Assembly: GCF_040938485.1 (NCBI RefSeq)
Contig: NW_027271500.1
Coordinates: forward strand, 930,001-994,000
Reading direction: 5' to 3'
DNA: 64,000 bases
Origin: Diadema antillarum
Lineage: Eukaryota
Within the stretch, counting starts at the first letter, position 1. Every line of letters starts with the position of its first letter. The notes under the pieces are model-generated. The model worked only from the letters and a program-made list of their open reading frames with translations, did no database searches and was not told where the DNA came from. The translations under genes and the position numbers were made by a program. This document shows, piece after piece, positions 54,201-64,000 of this stretch.

Positions 54201-55671
54201 GTGCGCTCTCAGGATTTCACAACGCCATGCACATTGCACAGTCGTAAATACCCTCAAGTGCATTGCATCTCTATTAACCCCACTCTCATCAGTGCAGTTT
54301 TTGTGTTTTGTGCACACTAGGTTAGCTATGGAAAAAACAAAACAAGACAAAAACAGAAACAAATTATATATCTGCCACACAAGTATTCATAAACATGACA
54401 CTCCAGTCTATGCAAGCGTACATGGCCTTTGCACTTTGCACTTACATAACTGTGGCCTTGAAAGGCTTTAGAGCAAAATACAGCAAGGTCAAAGGTCAAG
54501 CAGAATTCCTACAATAGAGGGTGTTCTCTTCTCACCTAGATACTCATCTTCCAGGCCATGAACAAACGCCCCGCACGCTCCGGAGGTGATCAGACTGACG
54601 GTCTCCGGATTGACGTCCTCCTGGGGGGCATCGTCTGCCCACTTCTTCCCCGTCGACCACTCGCCGGAGACGTACTGCTCCTTCTGCCTCTCATGGGAGG
54701 ATTTCTTTTTCTACATGAGAAAGTGAAGACACAGTATTTGCAGCTTTCACAGGAATATTTTGTTTCCACAAAGACACAGTTTAAAATGACAACTCTCAGA
54801 GTAAAGACAAAATGTTCACTTCACATTAAAACAAAAAGGATCATTTTGCAGACTTTCAGTTGGTCTTCTTTTTTTTTTTGTCTAAGGAAGACAGAAAATC
54901 AAACCAAAAACAAACTGATGTTTTTGTCTTTCTTCTTCATTCTTTCAATGTATATGCATTTAGCCATAGCTTGCTTGACTATTCTTTTGGCATTGTTTGA
55001 ATTTCTGACCCAGGAGTGATCATAATATGATGCTTTTACAGCGCATATCACTGCCACTGTTTGTGTCACTATGCACTTAAATATTGCTCAGTGTGACATA
55101 CCCAGGACAATAGGCATGATTACACTAGCCCACGCTGAAAATGTCTACTGGATAAATTGGATGCATTATTACTGTGTAGTACTCAAAGCTGCATTTCAAA
55201 ATGACTTTAAAAATGCATGGAAATCTACACAAGACCTTTCAGAGCTGCCATTTATCTAGTTCTAACCTGAATAAAAATGATCAACTGGGTCTCATTGGGC
55301 TTGTACTGATAATCACTTGCAAGAAAGAGAACGAAGGCATGACTGATGACCGAAACCTGTCCTTTTAAAAGAAAAGATAAAAGCCCTAATTATTTTCATT
55401 CAGCTGTGGCTGCAATTGATGGTCCTAAAACAAATAATTGAACCAAAGCAAACAAAGCAAAGTCTCATCAAAACTTTTGCCAAATGTGGTTCTAGAGGTG
55501 GACATTACCCTCAAGCCCGACATCAGCTTCTTGTCCAGGGTCTGCTCCAGGAACTTGGTGCTGACTGAGTGAAGTGACCCGAGCAGCCCTGCAGCCTCAG
55601 CTCTCACCTTCAAGGACAGATCTGTGACCTGGAGAGTAACAGCAAAATGAATAGGTGGGACTATAATATCT

Positions 55672-55720
<49 letters not shown>

Positions 55721-58700
55721 GTGTGTGTTTTTATACAAAATTCTTTTTTTTTTCATTCGTAACACTGACAATGTGGAATTTATGTTGTCATAATGAAATT
55801 TGTATTATTTTGGAATTAACTAATTTGTATATTATTATTCACATGAAAAAGAAAGAAAAATAAAAGATTGACAAAAACAAAAACAAAAACAAAACAAAAA
55901 GTGTGTGCTAATTTTGTGGAAGATCGGTTGACATGCAAAATTTCAAAAGTGGAAACAGCTCTAAATATATTGCATATACAAGATCTTACAGACAACAGAA
56001 TTTCTCAGAATGTTTTATGCCTTACACATGGTTTCTGTTTAAGATGGTCACATTTTCTGTTTTCATTGAGTGTGTGCCAAAGACAAAGTCTTATTGAATG
56101 GGAATACTCTAAAACCATAAATTTTTGCGTGCATTAAACTTTCGCAAAATTCGTGAGGAGCCAAGATTTGTGAAAGTAAAGCGCACGAGAACGGTTTTAT
56201 CTACACAACTGCACTGAATGCTAGTGGCAACTTGCTAAAGTTTCACATCGTGAGAAAGGCCGTCAGCCCCAAATTGCGAAAGTTTCATGCCGCGAATCTT
56301 TCGGGTTTTACAATATAACTCCCTTACCATCTCGCAAATCTTGGCAAAGCCATCGTCGACAAGCCGCAGCGTCTCCTCGTTGGATCCTGGCGCTGACACC
56401 GACTCGTCTGGGTAGACCTGCCCTAGGACCCAGACCAGCTTCAGGGCCACGAGACGGACACCCTCATGGTCATCGGCCAGGGATCTGACCGCCTGCTGAT
56501 AGAGGTCAAGCTCTAGCCTTTGGCCACGCTGATGCAATGACAACTGCAGATAAAAAATTTTAAAAATGCCCATTGCAGATATTGCATTCTCATAGAGCAA
56601 TTACTTCTTCCTTACAACACAGATTTTACAATTGTTGGTTCGAGATGTACTCTTTGACTGACTGCAGATCTTGTACCCTCCCAAAAAGAATCTAGAAATT
56701 ATCACATCTACAGTGACCTGCTGTGCAAATGTAGTGACTTCTATGCATCTGTATAATTTAAGTTCCAAATTTGTGGAAACACAGTTTTGATTTGTGAGTG
56801 ACTAAAAGGGCTATGATCATGTTATCACAATCTTTTTAGTTCCTGTTCTACATCCAACCCACAAATACTGGCTTTGGGAATGGGGTGTTTCAGACATGAT
56901 CCTGATCTTGACTATGTATGGACAGTCTCACTGCCATGTTCACATTGCAGATCACATCAGTAAGGCAAAAACAAACATTTTATGTCTATACTGGTCCCTT
57001 TAAATATATAAATCACCCAGATTATTGTCACTCATCCCCTTGTATTCTAGTGTCTAAGTTAGTGATTTGATGTAAATCTACAAACACACGGCGTGTAATC
57101 CTAATGTCATACAGATTCCAGTAAGCATACGGTATCACCTTTTTTCGATCATTTTGATGTCACTGTTTATTTCTTAGGAATTTACCAACAATCAAGTCAT
57201 CAATTCTGCAAACACCTAAGAATGACATACTACATTACGTGACACCAAAAAGGGCAATACTAACAGTATTGATAGGTACATCTGATGAATTTGATTACAT
57301 AAATCTATGTACCAGTATTTCAGTGCTAGTGGGGGTACTGTGGCATAGTGGATATGACTCTCGACTTCCAATCAAAGGACCCAAGCTCAATTCCTGCCCA
57401 GTGCTTTTGTCCTTGGACAACATGTTTTTACCCACCATGTCCCTCTCAACCAAAGTGTATATATGGGTTGGTTCCTGGCAATGCTAGGGTAATACTAATG
57501 GCAGGGCCCTTTGGTAGAACAGTGGCAACACTGAAGAGGGTACCCTACATAAATAAGACCTTATTATCATCATCATCATCAGTCTTTGCTTTTGGTAATT
57601 AATGGGATTAAATCCTTGGGAAGAATAAGAGGTATTCCTACAAAAGTTTTCCATGGCAGTCCTTGGCTACATACATACCATCGCCTGAAGGGCAGCCTCT
57701 CTGACCCTCGCGTCTCGGTCACTTGTGAACTCTCCCAGCATCCTTTGCAGCTGCCCCTTCCGCCGCTCCTTGCTGCTCTTTCCTGAGGAGCCGGCCGACT
57801 TGCCGTCAAACATCCCAAGCTGACCGATCAGACTGAGGCTCGCGCAGCGAACAGCATGATTCTGGTCCGACAAGTGCTGACCACAGTGAGGGAAGGTGTG
57901 TCATTTTGTAAATGTATACAAAGAAGCCATGATACATGATATTTTGTTCAAACTACATAAAGTAATTTGCCCTGCATTAGAATGCAAGAGTTGCCACATG
58001 GTTCAACATATGTGGTGAATACATATCACTTTCAATTTGCCCAAAGTTAAATCTAATATCATACAGGATTGCGCAAAAAATAATAATAATAAACACAACT
58101 TTTCCCAAAAGTTTTGCTTTTTCACAAACAGATGATGACATGCGGTGCATTCCTCTGCCAAGGACAAATGCAGGGGATCACAAGCATTGAATGCAGGCAC
58201 AATGCACACTATGGAAGCTGCAATTCTTTTGGTATTTATCAATCAAATTCTGACTAGTCAGTCATAATCTTTTCTAAATTCTACACACGAGAAATGAAAA
58301 TATGTATCACCAAATGGAATATATTGACTACCAGTGGCACTGCTGAATGTCATTTGCAGCAAAGAATCATTGACATAATGAAAAGAACTTGTGTTATAGC
58401 CCTGTAAATGTGTACCCTGATTCTGATTTTTGCATGGACTTGTTAATCATTTGTAGGACATTAGATTCTTTCATATCATTAAAAGTACAGACATCAATTC
58501 CATGTAAACATTCAGGACTTGCCACATCTTTGTCCTTTTGTATGCAAAATTTTACAAACAAGCTTTACAAACATATGTGATCAAAATGGATAAATGTTGG
58601 TATCAATAAGATTGCATGGGAGAGGTAGATGACCATGATATACCCCATGGTTATGACAAATGTACTTGCAAATTCATTTACCAGCATCTGTTTTTCTAGA

Positions 58701-61130
58701 AAGGATTCATACAGTTTAACTTTTGTTTTACTGCTCCTATTTCAACAATTAAATCTAAATCCTCTTTCTGGCAGATCTTGCGTAGAATGAATCAGAAAGA
58801 AGACAAGAATTGAGAACAGTCTGAGTTAGGTTTTCCCTTACCTTCTGTGCAAGCTGCACCAATTGGCGATGTAACTCCGAGGTCAAGGGTAATGCTCGTC
58901 CAATCACAGTCAAGGTGGTGAATATTTGACCTTTCACCTTGTGGGATGCTAAAGGCAACACATATCAACAAAGAAAGAATAATATACATCACAATTCATT
59001 TCTGAAACTAGAATGAAAATAAAACTAAATGCTTTGTTTTGGAAGCAAGGTTTTTTCTGAATCATATATTTTGCATACATCTTCTTCTTTTTTCTTTTCT
59101 TTTTTTTTTTGGGGGGGGGGGGGACTTAGGTGTTTATTTGTGTGTTTTTCTGCTGTTACGAACATTTTACCATGCACAGAGCTGCATTTCATATATAACA
59201 TGATACAATGAATGGAGCAGTCATGCCTCATATCACACTCAAGAATATATGAGTTGATGGGCAAGATGACATGTGTTATCTATGACATACCAAATCCAGG
59301 ATTGCTAGCACAAGAGTAAGAAATTCACTATGAACATGTTTCATTGTAGGTATCTTGATTTAACACTTCATCATCATCATCATCCTCACAATAATCATTA
59401 TCATCCTCATCAGCATTGTCATTGTTATCATAAGCATCCCCATCAATGTCATTCTTATCATATCATAATAATCATGAAAGTAACAATCAATACAAACTAA
59501 CACAACTTAACATGATCATTTTTCATCACCATTGTGATGGCCATCATCAATAGCATCATCATCATCACCAGCAAGCTTGAATCTGTATCCATGGAAACAA
59601 GTTTCCTGCAGTCTTACACTGTAAGTTACACAAACTTCAAGAGAAAGCGTGCAAACCTTCCGAGGAGAGAAGCGTCATCAGGTCATTGGCTATGCGCAGG
59701 GCGTTGACCCCCGGTAGCCTGGCGATGTGACCCAGGAGGGCGACGACCTTTGACCTGACATGGGTTCCTTCCTCTTTGTTGTAGTGCTCAAATAGCGTGT
59801 TAATGACACTCTCTGCATGTTAGGAAAGAGATCAGTATTATCAGTCATGAAAATTGTTACAGAAATGCTAGCATCGAACTTCATATTAAGAGATGAGCGT
59901 CTGCTCTCCACTAATTTTAACCTTTACTTCGCTTTGCCACCGATAACCGCACATGCTCAAGTGCTATTTTCCCCCACTGGCACAGATATCTGGGAATCAA
60001 CTGTCAATGAATAGAGATTACCTAATCCTCCTAATCCCTTTTGTGTCACCACGGCCTTCCTGTAGAACTCAGAAACATTGTAACTTCTCAGTGCACAGGC
60101 TCGCTAAATTCACTACTACGTCAAGTTTGGATGCAGTAACGGATGCTAATGAAAAAGCCTGGCAAGCTACATGTAAGCTGAATGTATGGGGATATAAAGG
60201 TTTAATCACCTCTCCAAATTGATTTTGATTCAACTGTATCTGTCCACCTAGCAACACAGTTTCTCCTACCTGCTTCTTCAGCAGAGACTGGTAACTGATT
60301 CTCAAATTCCAAAAGCTGATTGAGAGCCTCCCGGGAGCTGCCCGCCCTCTGCAGATCGAGGAGTACTGGACCAGTCTGGGGACGGGTTACCAGTCTCACT
60401 TTGATGGGTGGTGGTTTGGGTTCCTCCTATAAATATGAATAATTAGATTTTATGCATTCATGGAATTACATATCTATAATTAGGCAAACACAAGCAAGTT
60501 TCCATCTGTATTACATAGACATATCTCTAAAACTACTAACGGTTAGTCTACAAAGTAGATGATCCTACTCCTCCAAGGTTCTACCTAGTAAATTAGTAGT
60601 AAATTAAATAAATTTATGTGATTTGTAAATCACAAGACAAGTACTACTGGATGGCTACACATTGCCAATTTAAAATTAGGGTCTAACAATTTTGTTAGAG
60701 GGTTAGTACCATACCAATTAAATCTAACCTTTACCATATCAAAATTCAATGTTTGAAAATTTGTGCCAATTTCAATAGAACAGTAATCTAATTTTACAAT
60801 ATATTCATATTCGTCATGAAACAAGGGTAAATTGGCAGTGTCTGGGGTGTAACACTTTATCTAGAATTACTCACAGCCAACATGAAGAATTTACTGAATT
60901 GAAATTTAATCTCGATTCATAACTCACACGTTTTATCTACACGTCACAGTCATATTCATCTCATTGCGTACAAAAAGTAACTAACACCAATCGTAGTATA
61001 TGGGACCGTTCAAAAGTATTGTAATAGCGCTGATGAATTTGTTATGGCTGCTCCTTGTAAAGTTCTGCTAATTTACCTGTATAATTTGGCTGAACTCTTC
61101 GTACGCACGTTTCTTGAGATGAGCCGCCAT
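42241..61130 (-). CDS. INTS4: Integrator complex subunit 4 (964 aa, HEAT repeats)
   Basis: 19 exons: 61077-61130, 60270-60426, 59657-59812, 58842-58948, 57679-57876, 56328-56543, 55509-55628, 54536-54710, 53138-53343, 51972-52114, 50785-50900, 49751-49884, 48450-48613, 47611-47704, 47294-47377, 46049-46251, 44528-44825, 43050-43170, 42241-42389 total 2895 nt with all phases consistent. Starts [13 protein letters not shown], contains [13 protein letters not shown] and [13 protein letters not shown], ends [14 protein letters not shown]. Confidence 0.97.
42570..42782. mobile_element. About 52-bp inverted repeat enclosing a tRNA-like sequence
   Basis: Arms 42570-42621 and 42731-42782. The loop holds an A-box-like CAGTCTAGTGG, anticodon arm cctg-t-CTGGAGA-t-cagg and T-arm gtagg-TTTGAAT-cctgc. 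Confidence 0.65.
43782..44139. mobile_element. Kolobok-like palindromic MITE (about 160-bp arms)
   Basis: TTAA|AGGGGATGGCTAG...CTAGCCATCCCCT|TTAA with a perfect TSD at 43778-43781 and 44140-44143. Confidence 0.85.
49314..49626. other. Assembly gap (313 N) in INTS4 intron 12
   Basis: Run of N next to a CAT-rich microsatellite. The flanking exons join in phase, so no coding exon needs to lie in the gap. Confidence 0.98.
50261..50438. mobile_element. pogo/Tigger-like MITE
   Basis: TA|C(T)GTCAAACCTGTC...GACAGGTTTGACTG|TA. Confidence 0.75.
52910..53095. mobile_element. Small element with GGACAACTACC/GGTAATTGTCC IR and a degenerate TTAGGG core
   Basis: IR at 52929-52939 and 53077-53087; core ggattaggattagggttaggattagggttag. 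Confidence 0.55.
55676..55727. repeat. (GT)n microsatellite
   Basis: Nearly pure GT dinucleotide run; shorter ones at about 13915, 21706 and 45644. Confidence 0.95.
57331..57581 (+). mobile_element. Degenerate tRNA-derived SINE
   Basis: A-box TGGCATAGTGG (57341-57351), decayed B-box, GTCCTTGGACAA core and a (CAT)n tail. Confidence 0.6.
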
Positions 61131-64000
61131 ATTGACTTAAAGAGAATAAAACAGACTTTGTGATGGCACACAAAGTATGAAATATTGGTTTACAACGCAG
61201 CCCACCAGTCGGTCTCAATTCATTGAATTCGCAAGTAGGTATACAGGTGCTCAGAAAAATAAACCTAGCCTGTGGACCAGGCGTTTAGCGCATGAGGCCT
61301 TTCGACCCCATCATGTAAGGGGGAGGGGGAAGAGGTCAAGCGACCATAGCGACACTCTCATCACGAGTCAGGGGTCAGGTGACCATGAACAAAGCAATGA
61401 GGGGAGGGGATAAGGGGTTATGATCATGAACTAATTGATTCAATTACCCAAGAGAGTTTTCTCATCTTCAGTGTTTTACCTTTTGTTTGTATACCCTGTA
61501 CTATGTTGGGCCTGTTGCCTTTTGTTTGATGGAAATAAAGAAATTGAATTGAATTGAATTGAAAAAAATGTGTGACAGGATCACCGTGACGGGCACAGTA
61601 CGACTCAGAGTGATCATATTCATTTTCGTACTGCACGTATTAGAAGCTTTTCTCAGATTTCAAAGCTGGTAATTTGCTCCATGCAACAGCTCGTAAATTA
61701 TGATTCAAAGATTTAGTAACCTTTGCATAAGTTGTATAATTGTAAATGATTGGTAAACTTTATACATTTATGAATTGAACCTTTTATTTGCGCCTGCAGG
61801 ACCAAAATGCTTATGAATATTAAAAGTTAACAGTTCAAGATTCATAGAATTTAAGGAATTTTATACCTTTTCCTCTCATGAAGCAGTTGCCAAATATTGC
61901 CTATACATAATTCGGCTTTTATCTCAAAACAACATGTCATAGTTTTGATGACAGATCGACGCAACGCTCTTTCTTGGAGTACCCCCCCCCCCCCAAAAAA
62001 AAGAAATAGATAAAATTTCTCCCTGTCTCTGTTACACTTTTTAAAATTCTGTCTTGCGCATCACGGACTCCCTATAATTACAGCTGTCTGCGGGAATTTT
62101 GGCCAGACAATGAAACAGCAAGTTAGATTCATCCGCTCGAATTCGGATTGTTGCTTTTCGTTCAGTGTCATCTTAAAGGCATTGCTGCCTCTAACATTTG
62201 CAAAGCATTACATAGACATGAAAGAAAAAAAACAGCCTCCGCCTTAGATTTTGAGGTTGACGTGCAGTGACTTCTAGTAGTTTTGACAAACAAAATGACT
62301 ACAAATTATACATGGGGGGTGTGTAGGGACGGTCTTTATCTGTTAGTTTTTTGATTAAAGATTTCGCAAAGTCATTTTTTCTCTTTGATTGGTTATACAT
62401 CATCATTTGATGACGATAATTAAAGATCAGCATTATATAAAATGATTTAACTATTATGATGCGTACTTTCATTATTTCAGATACAAAATAAAGGCCCTAA
62501 TAGGCCAATAGTGAAACCCTTCTCATTTTTCCAAGTTGCAACAATGATATTTCAATCATTAAGTCGACTGAAATGAAAGTGTAATAATCTTGACAAGCAC
62601 TTGTCAGTTTTGGGGGTTTTTTTATCTTAGAGTATAACGGCAAGTGTAGTTTTACCAAGCAAAATTAATTTAATTCTCCATTTTGAGTTCGACAGATATT
62701 CTTCTTTTTAATGCAACCGCCCTCTACTGGTGAAAATGTGATAAAAGTAAAGTTTTGCTGCATCAAGCATTTAGCTGGCATCTCGGACTTAGAATATTCT
62801 GTGCATAGATAACACAAAGTTTCAATTTTGGTTCGAATCACATATGTTTCATTTCCATGTAATTTCTTTATCTACCTTCCAGCACTATATTGGCAGAGAG
62901 TGAATTTAAAATTACTATGATTCATTTCGGGAAAGTTATTACCAGACTCTCTCGAGTTCAATGCAATGAATGTCATTCTACTGTAAGAATATATATCCAA
63001 GTTCCGGGACACCCACCCATTTCCTTCTTCATTCCAGCTGGCACACACGTACACACATTTATTTTGTTGCCTTGCACCAAAAGGGTCGATATTTTTAAGT
63101 TTTTACTTCTTTTTCTGCCAACGTCGATTCCAATCGTCGAGCAGACGACCGTCATGCCATCAGCTGTCGGTCAACTTGATTTAATATCCTTTCCCACACG
63201 CCTTCCATTTCCTTCGTCACCATACTCAGTCACTCGTCTGTTCCCGAGAGAAAAAAAAAGAGGCGCGAATGTGACTTCGACGTCTTTCACATATGAAATA
63301 TAATTAGTGGATCTAAGTATGAACGTTATTCAATTTTCACCGCATATAGCACTCAAGACATTGTCAATTTAGGAAGATTTGTAAAACATTTTTGGAACGG
63401 TTCTTTTCATTTGGAAACTGTTGATATTGTACATGTTGTAAAAATATTTATGAGTTGCGTGCATGCTATTCCTACTAACCGTGATCAGATCGCGAGGTTA
63501 AGTTGTGTTGCGCTTGCGCACAGTGAGGAAACGTCCGGTAAATATGGCCATACGATGAGCTCCAACTTATCTTACCAGTGTGAAAGGGGGTTCTGGTGTG
63601 CTTACAAGACATGCGTTGCAACGCGATTATGTTAGAATACTTCCAGATATGATTTATATATAGAGACCCAATAGATAAAGTAATCTTACAAGGATGACTT
63701 TTTTAAGGGTCACCACAGCCAATGGGATCCTGGACATTTCATCCGCATGGAATCAAGAGAAAACTTTATTTGGCAGACACCCAAGATGAAGAGATCTTAA
63801 TGTGTACATATTCTGTATATTTTACTGGCGTAAACTGCTCTGAACAAAGGGAAAGAAATTTAGCTGATGTCTTAAAATTGACCAGGCAATTATCGATTAT
63901 GAAAATTGATGGTGTGATTTGATGTCAAATTCATTGAAGATAACATAGCAAACTCTGAAAATATAGCATTATCAGTGGTCAAAGTTTATGATAAACATGA

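Noticed and set aside
39635-57581. tRNA-like sequences at 39635, 42621 and 57331 as functional tRNA genes
   Set aside because: No complete acceptor stem, decayed boxes, and SINE cores or IR context.

Overview
Eukaryotic, intron-rich genomic DNA with one 313-N gap. The repeat content and gene structure suggest an invertebrate deuterostome such as an echinoderm (inference). Six protein-coding genes can be built by hand with GT-AG introns and continuous reading frames: cyclin B3 (minus, runs off the left edge), TMEM254 (plus), a single-exon pogo/Tigger transposase-derived gene with all three catalytic aspartates replaced (plus), TMEM256 (minus), CFAP300/C11orf70 (plus, head-to-head with TMEM256) and INTS4 (minus, 19 exons). 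Non-coding DNA is full of non-autonomous transposons (Kolobok-, pogo-, Tc2-, Harbinger-, hAT5- and Helentron-like), SINEs and a truncated LINE, several of them nested. The most unusual features cluster at 10.2-16.7 kb: a 1,390-bp almost perfect palindrome with a 4-bp TSD in TMEM254 intron 1, and a domesticated pogo gene with no evident promoter of its own that may be spliced from a donor just upstream of the TMEM254 start codon.
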